From: Candidatus Cryptobacteroides sp.
GTDB taxonomy: Bacteria > Bacteroidota > Bacteroidia > Bacteroidales > UBA932
Length of the DNA stretch: 64,000 bases
Direction: 5' to 3'
NCBI GenBank assembly: GCA_034089285.1
Contig: JAXDUM010000076.1
Span: 27,996 to 91,995 of the forward strand
Positions within the stretch are counted from its first letter, which is position 1. Every line of letters begins with the position of its first letter. Position numbers and translations under genes: made by a program. The notes below the pieces were generated by a model. It had not been told where the DNA came from. It made no database searches and saw only the letters and a list, made by a program, of their open reading frames with translations. Positions 10,892 through 19,967 of the stretch are shown piece after piece.

Positions 10892-12259
10892 CTACAGCAG
10901 TATTCCCGACAGGAAAATGATGAGGATTACGATAGGGGCGATGTAGCGGATGAGGAAATAGACGGGCTTGAAGCATCTGACATTGACCTTGAGCGTTCCG
11001 CCATTGGTAAACTCGTCATACACATCGGATTTCTTCATCTTCCAGCCTACGAAGAGGGAGAAGAGAAGGGCTCCGAGGGCCATGAGGAAATTGGAGGAAA
11101 TCCAGTCGCAGAAGCCGAAAATTGTCTTCCCGAAGAACTGGATACCGCCAAGAGGGCCGAAGGAGAGGGAGCAGAAGCAGCCGAGTGTCCAGGTGCCGAT
11201 GAATGTCGTGAGGGTGGCCCATTTCCTCTTCATCTTCATTTCTTCAATGAGATAGGCCACACCCACCTCCATAAGCGAAACCGCACTCGTGAGGGCGGAA
11301 ATGAGGATGGTGACGAAGAATACTGTCGCAATGATGCCGCTCAGGACCGGAGCGGATTCTCCCATAGTGGCGAATACGTATGGCAGGCTCTCGAAAATTA
11401 GTCCCGGACCTGCTCCCGGGGTCACTCCGGCCGAGAAGACCGCAGTCATCACGGCAAAGCCGGCCATCAGGGCGAACATCAGGTCGAATGCTGCCGTCCC
11501 GAGTCCGGAGACGAGGAGGTTTTCCTTCTTGCTCACGTATGAGGAATATACCAGGATGGTTCCCACGCCGAGGGAAAGGGAGTAGAACGACTGTCCCATC
11601 GCCGCCAGAATCACCTTGGAGGTAATCTTGGAGAAATCAGGCTTGGCCATGTAAATGACACCGCCCATCGCTCCCGGCAATGTGAGGGAGTACAGCAATA
11701 TGGCAAGTATCAGTAAGAAGAGCACCGGCACGGACCAGTTGCTGAACTTCTCGATACCGCTCTTGACTCCGGCCGTGAGGATGATGGCAGTGGTGCCGAG
11801 GAATATTGTATGGAACAGAATCGGGGCGTAAGGTCTGGAAATGAACTCAGAGAACAATGAGGTTATCTCCTCCTTGGGAACGGAGTTGAAGCCGAATGTC
11901 AATGATTTCACGAGATATTCTATGGACCAGCCGCCTACGACGCTGTAATATGAGACGATGATGAGTGGAGCCAGGATGGTGATGATGGAGACCCATTTCC
12001 ACCGGGTCCCCGGAGCGAGCTTTTTCATCGCTCCGTAAGTGTTTGATTTGGAACGCCTTCCGATAATGCTTTCGGAAAGGAAGATAGGCAGGGAGAGGAA
12101 TACCGATGACAGGATGTAAACCAGGATGAACGCCGCACCGCCATGTTCGCCGGCCAGATACGGGAATCTCCAGATATTGCCGAGACCGATTGCGGACCCG
12201 GCCATAGCCATTATGATAGCGAATCTGCCACCGAAATTCTCTCTCTTGTTCTCCGCCAT
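10892..12259 (-). CDS. Sodium-dependent transporter (NSS/SNF family)
   Basis: AGSAIGLGNIWRFPY...GGAAF, GIEK, GQSFYSLSLG and GPGLIF motifs. Confidence 0.93.
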   Translation of the reverse strand: MAENKRENFGGRFAIIMAMAGSAIGLGNIWRFPYLAGEHGGAAFILVYILSSVFLSLPIFLSESIIGRRSKSNTYGAMKKLAPGTRWKWVSIITILAPLIIVSYYSVVGGWSIEYLVKSLTFGFNSVPKEEITSLFSEFISRPYAPILFHTIFLGTTAIILTAGVKSGIEKFSNWSVPVLFLLILAILLYSLTLPGAMGGVIYMAKPDFSKITSKVILAAMGQSFYSLSLGVGTILVYSSYVSKKENLLVSGLGTAAFDLMFALMAGFAVMTAVFSAGVTPGAGPGLIFESLPYVFATMGESAPVLSGIIATVFFVTILISALTSAVSLMEVGVAYLIEEMKMKRKWATLTTFIGTWTLGCFCSLSFGPLGGIQFFGKTIFGFCDWISSNFLMALGALLFSLFVGWKMKKSDVYDEFTNGGTLKVNVRCFKPVYFLIRYIAPIVILIIFLSGILL

Positions 12260-12505
12260 TGCAATAAAAGTTTTATAACTATTTTTAAGTTCGGCCGACA
12301 ATAAGAAAGTCGGTCACATCATTCACTTTCAATTTGTAATCAAATATCGCCAATCCCATTAAAGAAATTAGTTAACTACATAGCCACTAATCCTTTAGGC
12401 GATTGCAAATTTAATAAACAATGTGGAAATGAGAAAATTTTCTGCGAATAAATATTCCTCCCGGCAATGATTTCGCAATGCAGGGAGGATGGAGGTTCAG
12501 GGATG

Positions 12506-13078
12506 TCAGCGGCGCCGATAAACAGCAAAGGAGTAGGCCAGCCCGTTTTCCGGATCCGTTTCAATGCCGGTATCGGAGGTCTTCTCCCAGATGTCCGGGT
12601 CGATGGCCGGGAAGAACGCATCGGCGTCCGGCACGGTGGTATGCACGTGGGTAATATAAAGAGAATCAGCGTACTGCATTGCCCTTTCATATGTCTTGGC
12701 CCCACCCATTATGAAACATCTTCCCGTCCGGGAGCCGTCAGAGGCAGTATCCTGAAGCGGATTTGCGGCGGTTGCCACAGGCCCGGACTCCTGCCCGGCG
12801 GCAGAGAGATGCTTCTCCGCCTCAGCGAGAGCCGAAGCCACGTCAGGGACCTGCAGGACGGTGTCCGGAGCATCGAAATGGTGCCTGGTTATGACAATGT
12901 TGAGACGGCCCGGAAGAGGACGCCCGATGGACTCCCAGGTCCGGAAACCCATTATCACAGGGCAACCCATGGTCGTCCTGCGGAAATATTTCATGTCGGC
13001 GGAGATGTGCCAGAGAAGGGCATTGTCCCGTCCGATTGCCAGGTCATCTGCCACGGCGGCTATCATTATCTTTTCCAT
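12506..13078 (-). CDS. folA: Dihydrofolate reductase (with a low-complexity insertion)
   Basis: AIGRDNALLWHISADMKYF, IMGFRTWESIGRPLPGRLNIV, IMGGAKTY and DAFFP motifs; downstream of thyA. Confidence 0.95.
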   Translation of the reverse strand: MEKIMIAAVADDLAIGRDNALLWHISADMKYFRRTTMGCPVIMGFRTWESIGRPLPGRLNIVITRHHFDAPDTVLQVPDVASALAEAEKHLSAAGQESGPVATAANPLQDTASDGSRTGRCFIMGGAKTYERAMQYADSLYITHVHTTVPDADAFFPAIDPDIWEKTSDTGIETDPENGLAYSFAVYRRR

Positions 13079-13121
13079 TGTCTGCGGGTATATTTTCGTT
13101 CAGGCGGTATGACAGTGGTGT

Positions 13122-13916
13122 TCAGACGGCGACAGGGGCCTTTATGGCCGGCCACGGGTCGTAACCTTCGAGCGTGAAATCCTCATATCTGAAATCCTCG
13201 ATCTCCTTCACATCAGGATTGATCAGCATCTTCGGAAGCGGTCTGGGCTCGCGGCTGAGCTGAAGGTCAACCTGCTCGAAATGATTGAGATAGATATGGG
13301 TATCGCCGGTCGTGTGGATAAACTCGCCAGGCTGAAGTCCGCTGATCTGCGCAATCATCATTGTCAGCAACGCATAGGAGGCAATGTTGAAAGGCACGCC
13401 GAGGAAGGTGTCCGCACTGCGCTGGTAGAGCTGGCAGGAAAGCTTGCCGTCGGCCACGTAGAACTGGAAGAGGCAGTGGCAGGGCGGAAGGGCCATCTTG
13501 TCCACCTCGCCGGGATTCCAGGCGGAGATGAGCATCCTGCGGGAATCCGGATTATGACGAATCTGGTCGATGACCTGGCTGAGCTGGTCGATGCTCCGTC
13601 CGTCCGGGGCCGGCCAGCTGCGCCACTGGTGTCCGTAAACCGGTCCAAGGTCGCCGTTCCCGTCAGCCCACTCGTCCCAGATTGTGACCCCGTGGTCCTG
13701 GAGATACCTTACGTTGGTATCTCCGGAAATGAACCACAGGAGCTCGTAAATGATTGATTTCAAATGTACTTTCTTGGTCGTCAGAAGAGGAAATCCCTCG
13801 GAGAGGTCAAATCTCATCTGATGCCCGAAGACGCTCTGCGTACCGACGCCGGTGCGGTCGTGCTTGATCACGCCCTCCTGACGGATACGGCGGAGAAGGT
13901 CAAGGTATTGCTGCAT
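13122..13916 (-). CDS. thyA: Thymidylate synthase
   Basis: [31 protein letters not shown] and [17 protein letters not shown] motifs. Confidence 0.98.
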   Translation of the reverse strand: MQQYLDLLRRIRQEGVIKHDRTGVGTQSVFGHQMRFDLSEGFPLLTTKKVHLKSIIYELLWFISGDTNVRYLQDHGVTIWDEWADGNGDLGPVYGHQWRSWPAPDGRSIDQLSQVIDQIRHNPDSRRMLISAWNPGEVDKMALPPCHCLFQFYVADGKLSCQLYQRSADTFLGVPFNIASYALLTMMIAQISGLQPGEFIHTTGDTHIYLNHFEQVDLQLSREPRPLPKMLINPDVKEIEDFRYEDFTLEGYDPWPAIKAPVAV

Positions 13917-13922
13917 TGTTAC

Positions 13923-14972
13923 TTACCTAACTGAAAATGAGAAGATTATAGCCTGCTCGAAAACTTCGCCCGGGCGGAGGGTAGTGGTAGGGTATTCAGG
14001 CTTGTTAGGTGAGTCAGGATAATGCTGGCACTCGATGGCTACTGCATCATAGTCGTGATAGACATGCCCGCTCTTGCCGACAGGGCAGCCCTCAAGCCAG
14101 TTTCCGGTATAAATCTGCACACCAGGCTGTGTGGTGAGGACTTCCAGGACACGGCCGCTTTCAGGCGAATACAGCTCGGCTGCGGTCTGGATCTGGCCTG
14201 GCGTATAGCCGTCGATCACGAAGCAGTTGTCATAGCCCTTGCCATAGTTCAATGCAGGGAAATCGGCCTTGATTTCAGCCCCGAGGGTCTTGCCTGAGAC
14301 GAAGTCCATAGGGGTGCCTGCCACCGGCTCGGATGCTCCGACAGGAATCAGGGTATCGTCTGTAGGGAGATATTCCGAGGCATTGAGCTTGAGAACGTGG
14401 TTCAGGACGGTGCCGGAGCCTTCCCCATTGAGATTGAAATAGGCGTGGTTGGTGAGGTTCACAACTGTAGGGGCGTCAGCCTCTGCCGTGAAGGTGAGGG
14501 TCAGTTCATTTTCCTCCGACCACTCGTAGTGGGCCACAGCCTTGAGATTGCCCGGATAGCCGGCCTCTCCGTCCTCCGAGAAATAGAGAAACTCTACTGC
14601 ATCACCCTCTATCCTGCTGTCCCACACCTGGTTCTGGAACCCTTCAGGACCTCCGTGGAGATGGTTGCAGGCATTGTTTATCGGGAGGCTGTACTCATTG
14701 CCATCGAGAACGAAATGACCCTTGGCAATGCGGTTGGCATATCTTCCGGGGCATTTTCCCGAGCAAGGGCCGTCTGCGAAATAGGACATAGGGTCGTCAT
14801 ATCCGATGACAACGTCGGCCAGGTTGCCTTCCTTGTCCGGAACGACCACTGACACTATTCCCGCACCGACTGATGAGAGTTTCACGTAAGCGCCTGATTC
14901 ATTCTTGATTGTGTAAAGGAAAATTTCTTTTCCGTCAGGGGTCTTGCCCCAAAGCTGTTTCTCGATATTCAT
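13923..14972 (-). CDS. galM: Aldose 1-epimerase (galactose mutarotase)
   Basis: GRYANRIA, HLHGG, GYPGNL, NLTNHAYFNL and QIYTGNWL motifs; start placed at MNIEKQ. Confidence 0.92.
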   Translation of the reverse strand: MNIEKQLWGKTPDGKEIFLYTIKNESGAYVKLSSVGAGIVSVVVPDKEGNLADVVIGYDDPMSYFADGPCSGKCPGRYANRIAKGHFVLDGNEYSLPINNACNHLHGGPEGFQNQVWDSRIEGDAVEFLYFSEDGEAGYPGNLKAVAHYEWSEENELTLTFTAEADAPTVVNLTNHAYFNLNGEGSGTVLNHVLKLNASEYLPTDDTLIPVGASEPVAGTPMDFVSGKTLGAEIKADFPALNYGKGYDNCFVIDGYTPGQIQTAAELYSPESGRVLEVLTTQPGVQIYTGNWLEGCPVGKSGHVYHDYDAVAIECQHYPDSPNKPEYPTTTLRPGEVFEQAIIFSFSVR

Positions 14973-14997
14973 TGTTTCAGTGTTTTGTTTTGTCTTT

Positions 14998-15870
14998 TCA
15001 TCGGCCCTGAGCCTTTCCGGAGTCAAGCCGCCTGATGTCGCCGGCAATGAAGAGGCAGGCCGGGGCAAGCACGGATCCGTGGTCGAAACCCTCCATCTCG
15101 AAGAGTCTCACCGGATGGCCGAGATGCCTCAGGATTACTTCCAGATGGGCATTTTCCTCATATCGCGCAAGGAGTTCGAGGTCCCTGCTGCCGGTAATGA
15201 GGTCAATTGGAGCGCCACCTTTTCTTGCAACATTGAGAGGAGCAAGCCCGTCCACGAGCGGGATATCCATCGGCAGGCCACGCTCTTTCTTTATGGTATA
15301 GTGCGTATTGGTCTGCCCGCTGACCGGATATACTTTCAGAAGCGAGTCGGCGTCTGCCCCGTACTTCGCAAGGTATTGCCTGTCAAGGGCAATCATCAAT
15401 GAGAGATAGCCTCCGGCGGAATGTCCCCCGATGCAGATCCTCGCCGGATCGCCGCCGTATTCGGCAATGTGTTCCATCACCCAGGCTACCGCCAATGCGG
15501 CATCGTCAATGTATCCCGGACATTTGACCTTGGGGTAGAGGCGGTAATTGACATTTACCACGGCGAAGCCCTTGTTCCTGAGCTGCGCGACGAGGCCTTT
15601 TTCCCCACCTTCGAGTCCCCCGCCGTGGAACCAAACCAATGTAGTGAATCCATTCTCCTGGTTTTCAGGATAATAAATATCCAGCACGCATCTTTCTTTC
15701 CTGTATTCGTCTGTTTCCTCCGGCGATGTGTAAGGGATGTTCTTTATTTCCCTGTAGCCCCGGTCGTCCTGCTTGCCCTGCGCAGAGTTATTTCCACCTT
15801 TGCCCGCAGCCTCAGGCTGAATTGACAATGCGGCAAGCGCAGTAAGAAGAATTGCTAAAAATTTTCTCAT
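14998..15870 (-). CDS. Secreted alpha/beta hydrolase (esterase/lipase)
   Basis: Signal peptide, HGGG oxyanion motif, GHSAGG nucleophile elbow, C-terminal FDHG. Confidence 0.88.
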   Translation of the reverse strand: MRKFLAILLTALAALSIQPEAAGKGGNNSAQGKQDDRGYREIKNIPYTSPEETDEYRKERCVLDIYYPENQENGFTTLVWFHGGGLEGGEKGLVAQLRNKGFAVVNVNYRLYPKVKCPGYIDDAALAVAWVMEHIAEYGGDPARICIGGHSAGGYLSLMIALDRQYLAKYGADADSLLKVYPVSGQTNTHYTIKKERGLPMDIPLVDGLAPLNVARKGGAPIDLITGSRDLELLARYEENAHLEVILRHLGHPVRLFEMEGFDHGSVLAPACLFIAGDIRRLDSGKAQGR

Positions 15871-16008
15871 ACCCTTTTAATTGAAGTTTTGGTAAAAATA
15901 AGAAAATTTCGGTGGCGGCGCAAGTTAATTTTTCTTTCGAGCAATCATACAATGCACAAGTTTGGCCTTGAGCTGAAACTCTCCGCCGGCGGGAGTCCGG
16001 GAATAACG

Positions 16009-16035
16009 AAAAAGGACGGCCTGACGGTCGTCCTT
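16009..16035 (-). terminator. Intrinsic terminator downstream of tRNA-Gly
   Basis: Minus strand AAGGACGACC-GTCA-GGCCGTCCTT running into a T tract. Confidence 0.65.
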
Positions 16036-16041
16036 GATGAG

Positions 16042-16114
16042 AGCGGAAAACGAGACTTGAACTCGCGACCCCAACCTTGGCAAGGTTGTGCTCTACCAAC
16101 TGAGCTATTTCCGC
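16042..16114 (-). tRNA. tRNA-Gly (GCC), CCA not encoded
   Basis: Minus strand GCGGAAATAGCTCAGTTGGTAGAGCACAACCTTGCCAAGGTTGGGGTCGCGAGTTCAAGTCTCGTTTTCCGCT forms a cloverleaf with anticodon GCC; TAACTTTG promoter element at 16142-16149. Confidence 0.97.
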
Positions 16115-16246
16115 ATTTCCCGTATTTGTCATTCGGGATTGCAAAGTTACGCAAATATTCCGACTTTCCAAATTTTTTTGAAAAATTTTCATCATCGGTG
16201 CAACATTCTGTTCTATTTAAACTAAATTTGGCGCATCATTCAATTT

Positions 16247-16945
16247 ATGAAACTCAAGACCAGAATAAAAAGGATATCGAAAATCCTGTTTCTGTACGTG
16301 CCGGCCGGGCTCGTGCTGCTTTCATTGCTGTGGGTGGTGCTGTACAGGTTCGTGCCGGTGAGATGGACCCCGCTGATGCTCAGACGCAGCATTGAGAATA
16401 TTGACAATAAGGATTTCCATAATCAGCACACCTGGGTGGACATTGAGGATATTGCGCAGGTGATGGTCAGGGCGGTGATTGCGTCTGAAGATGGCCGGTT
16501 CATGACCCATCACGGCTTTGATTTCGAGGAAATCGACAAAATGATGGACGAGCACGAAAGGAAAGGGAAGAAAATCCGCGGGTGCAGCACTATTTCCCAG
16601 CAGACTGCCAAGAATTGCTTTACATTCGGTTCGAAGACCTGGCTCAGGAAAGGAGTGGAGGCATACTATACATTCCTGATCGAACTGATCTGGGGAAAGA
16701 AAAGGATAATGGAGGTTTATCTCAATGTTGCCGAGACCGGGAAGGGTCTGTATGGTGTAGAGGCGGCATCAATGAAGTATTTCAAACGCCACGCTTCCGC
16801 CCTGACACAGGATCAGGCCATATGTCTGGCCTGCATATTGCCGAACCCATTGGTGCGGCGCCCGGATAATGTATCAAGCAGGCACCGCACCAAATACGAC
16901 ACTGTCGCAAGAAATCTGAAATATACTCCTTATCCTTTCAAGTAG
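16247..16945 (+). CDS. mtgA: Monofunctional peptidoglycan transglycosylase
   Basis: N-terminal TM; ASEDGRF..HHGFD, RGCSTISQQTAKN, RK..E, K.RIMEVYLN and YGVEAAS GT51 motifs. Confidence 0.94.
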   Translation: MKLKTRIKRISKILFLYVPAGLVLLSLLWVVLYRFVPVRWTPLMLRRSIENIDNKDFHNQHTWVDIEDIAQVMVRAVIASEDGRFMTHHGFDFEEIDKMMDEHERKGKKIRGCSTISQQTAKNCFTFGSKTWLRKGVEAYYTFLIELIWGKKRIMEVYLNVAETGKGLYGVEAASMKYFKRHASALTQDQAICLACILPNPLVRRPDNVSSRHRTKYDTVARNLKYTPYPFK

Positions 16946-16946
16946 T

Positions 16947-19900
16947 TCAAGCGTTGAGGAATGCCTGATACTCGTCCCAGAGCCCCTGGATTGAAGCATT
17001 CTTGCCGAAGATATACTTCATTGCCCCGTCGAAACTCCATACTTCCAGATCCCTCACGGACTGGTGGAACTTGCGGATTGCATCCGGGTCCTTGGTCGTG
17101 AGCCACTGGATGAAGAAGCCCGTGGTCTGATAGCCGTCCAGCCAGTTTCCTCCCGGACGGCGTCTCTCGGCAATGTCAAAATACCCGGCCTGCGCCCTCA
17201 CGGCATCCGCAAGTCCTTCGATGCAGGCCCAGAACTCCTTGTTTGTGGAATATGTCCCGATGCCCTTCGGCTCGAACTGGTATGCGTGCACAAGTTCGTG
17301 GAAGAGGACCCCGCGGGTCTCATAGTCGAGCTTGAACATTGACTGGGCAGCCGATTTCTCAACATGGCGGGTGCTGAAGTACACCGTGGTCTCCTCCGGA
17401 TTGCCGGCTTTCGCTGACACGCCGTCATAGTCCTTGAGAATGTAGTTGATTCTGCCGACATGATTCATTGGGTCGGATGCGGAATAGAAAAGAATCTCCG
17501 CCACCTTGCGGCAATGCTCCTTTATGAATGACTCCGGGTCAGGAACCAGCTGCGAATACAGCTTTGCCCCGCGGGTCTCGGGATTGAGGCAGGAGAACTT
17601 GACCTCGGGGTAAACGAAGTCCTTCCACTCATCCCTGACCTCTCCCCCGGCATATTCAATACCTGTCGGAAGTGACGGAGGAATGGCGGCGGCTGACACC
17701 GCGCGTCGCTTCTCCGGCCTGGAACTCATCACGAAATGGAGCTCGGCCCCGTCCCTGATATCGGCGTAGCTAATCCAGGAGCGGTCGAGAACCTTGCCGT
17801 TGAGATAGACCTTCTTCACATAGACATTGGCCTTGGACCAGTTCTCCGTCGTCATCTTTATGCTCCTGCCATTGAAAAGACGCATCTCGGCAGCCGGGAC
17901 AGTCGGCGAGCCAAGGTTGTAAACATTGCTGGAAGGGGCTGTAGGATAGAATCCGAGGGCATTGAAGATGTACCAGGCGGACATCTGTCCGCAGTCATCA
18001 TTGCCGCTCAGGGAGCCCGGCTGGTTGCCGTAGAAATTGTCGGCCACATAGCGGACCCATTTCTGGCATTTCCAAGGCTGACCGATGTAATTGTACAGAT
18101 AGGTGACCCCGTGGCAAGGCTCATTGCCGTGCCAATAGCCTCCGATGCGGCCCCAGATGTCGTGTGCGCCCGGAATATCCTCCGGAAGTTCCACGGCGAA
18201 CAATGAATCCAGACGGGCCTCGTAGAGTTTTCGGCCCACAAGGTCAATGTGGTCAGCCACATTGTGAGGCACGTACCAGGTGTACTGGAGGGTGAAGCCC
18301 TCGGTGATATCGCCCCAGCCGTTGACAGAGCCGGGTCCCTGGTATGCAATCGGGGAGAACGGGGTGCGCCAGTTGCCCTCGCTGTCCCTGCCCCTCATGA
18401 ACCCGGTCTCAGGGTCGAGCAGGTTCCGGTAGGACAATGACCTCTGTATAAAGTACCTGTAGTCTTCTTCATGACCCAGTGCCCTGGCCGCCTGTGCGAT
18501 GCAGTAATCGTCGTAAGCATACTCCAATGTCTTGGAAACGGACTCGGCCTCCCTGTCGAAAGGCACATAGCCCAGTTCCTCATACTCCGGCAGGCAGTCG
18601 TAATGCCTGTTCGTGGCAGTGGTCTTCATCGCCTCGAAGGCCCGCTCACAATCGATGCCCGGAATCTGCTTGACAATCATGTCTGCAAGCACGGATACAG
18701 CGTGGTAGCCTATCATGCACCAGGTCTCATTGCCGTAGAACGACCAGATCGGCAGCATTTTCTCGACGCTCCTGTCATAATGCTCCAGCATTGAGGAGGC
18801 GAGGTCGGCGCTGACATCTGGCCTGACGAGGTTAAGCAGCGGGTGAAATGCCCTGTAAGTGTCCCACAATGAGAAAGTCGTATAGTTTGTAAATCCTTCA
18901 GCCCGGCCTATGCTCTTGTCCAGCCTGCGGAACCTTCCGTCCGCATCCTGGAAGACGAACGGGCAGAGGAAGCATCTGTAGACGGAGGTGTAGAAGGTCT
19001 CCTTCTGCTCAAGGGTGCCCTCGACATTGAATCGGGAGAGTTCCTTCTCCCATTTCCTTTCTCCTGCCAGGCGGACCTGATCGAAGTCAAGGCCCGCAAT
19101 TTCCCTGAGGTTTCCCCTGGCTCCATCCGCATCGACTGAGGATATGGCCACCTTCACCGTAACCTGCTCATTTTCAGATGTTGGGAACTTGAGCCAGAAC
19201 TTGATGCCCTTGCCCCAGGCCTCGCGGCTGCTGCGGAAACGCTTGGTATTGTAATGCACCAGTCCGCCGTCCTGCATTATCCCGAAATCCTCTATAGGCT
19301 TGGAGAACTCGGCCGTGAAATAGATGTGACGCTCCGGTCCCCAGCCCTTGACCAGCTTGTATCCTGTCAATGTATGCTCATCCTCAATGCGGATATTGGA
19401 CCAGGCACAGTTCCACCACAGGGTGTGGTCCAGATCCAGGAGAATGAAGGAGTCCTCCGCCTCCGGATAGGTGAAACGGAGAATGCCGCTGTGCAGGGAC
19501 GATGTCATCTCGGCCTTAACGCCGTAGTCCAGAAGATTCACGGCATAGTAGTTCGGGGAGCACCATTCCTCATCGTGGCTGTATCTGGAGCGGTATCCTG
19601 AGTCAGGATCATCGTGAGTGCCCGGGTCGAGATGGATTTCTCCGGTTCCCGGCATGAAAAGGAAGTCCCCGAGGTCCGGAATGCCGGTGCCGCTCAGATG
19701 GGTCAATGAGAATCCGAGAAGGGTTCCGTGGTCATATTTGTAGCCTGCGGCCGCATCATAGAAATCCCTGTCGGTATCCGGGCTGATCTGGATGCCTCCG
19801 AACGGAATCTGGGAGCCAGGATAGACATTGCCGTAGCCGGCTGTTCCCACGAGGGGATTTACATAATTGATTTTCAGATCTTTGTCCTCAGCACTCGCTG

Positions 19901-19961
19901 ACTGAACAAGGGCGGCGAACGCTGTCGCCAACATCGCCGCCTTTATAAAGAAGTTATTCAT
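16947..19961 (-). CDS. GH92 alpha-mannosidase fused to a C-terminal basic secretory protein (BSP)-like HExxH domain
   Basis: GH92 motifs (YVNPLVGT, THLSGTG, FSLWDTYRA, HGNEP, GNDDCGQMSAWY), then a ~230-aa domain with RGVLFHELVH...CIEGLADAVR...GYQTTGFFIQWL. Confidence 0.88.
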   Translation of the reverse strand: MNNFFIKAAMLATAFAALVQSASAEDKDLKINYVNPLVGTAGYGNVYPGSQIPFGGIQISPDTDRDFYDAAAGYKYDHGTLLGFSLTHLSGTGIPDLGDFLFMPGTGEIHLDPGTHDDPDSGYRSRYSHDEEWCSPNYYAVNLLDYGVKAEMTSSLHSGILRFTYPEAEDSFILLDLDHTLWWNCAWSNIRIEDEHTLTGYKLVKGWGPERHIYFTAEFSKPIEDFGIMQDGGLVHYNTKRFRSSREAWGKGIKFWLKFPTSENEQVTVKVAISSVDADGARGNLREIAGLDFDQVRLAGERKWEKELSRFNVEGTLEQKETFYTSVYRCFLCPFVFQDADGRFRRLDKSIGRAEGFTNYTTFSLWDTYRAFHPLLNLVRPDVSADLASSMLEHYDRSVEKMLPIWSFYGNETWCMIGYHAVSVLADMIVKQIPGIDCERAFEAMKTTATNRHYDCLPEYEELGYVPFDREAESVSKTLEYAYDDYCIAQAARALGHEEDYRYFIQRSLSYRNLLDPETGFMRGRDSEGNWRTPFSPIAYQGPGSVNGWGDITEGFTLQYTWYVPHNVADHIDLVGRKLYEARLDSLFAVELPEDIPGAHDIWGRIGGYWHGNEPCHGVTYLYNYIGQPWKCQKWVRYVADNFYGNQPGSLSGNDDCGQMSAWYIFNALGFYPTAPSSNVYNLGSPTVPAAEMRLFNGRSIKMTTENWSKANVYVKKVYLNGKVLDRSWISYADIRDGAELHFVMSSRPEKRRAVSAAAIPPSLPTGIEYAGGEVRDEWKDFVYPEVKFSCLNPETRGAKLYSQLVPDPESFIKEHCRKVAEILFYSASDPMNHVGRINYILKDYDGVSAKAGNPEETTVYFSTRHVEKSAAQSMFKLDYETRGVLFHELVHAYQFEPKGIGTYSTNKEFWACIEGLADAVRAQAGYFDIAERRRPGGNWLDGYQTTGFFIQWLTTKDPDAIRKFHQSVRDLEVWSFDGAMKYIFGKNASIQGLWDEYQAFLNA

Positions 19962-19967
19962 ACAATA

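Noticed and set aside
16075-16082. tRNA-Gly anticodon arm (CCTTGGCA on the + strand) matches 8 of 9 bases of the element's flanking repeat
   Set aside because: An 8-mer match is expected by chance in 64 kb. There is no integrase nearby and no duplicated tRNA 3' end indicating an island.
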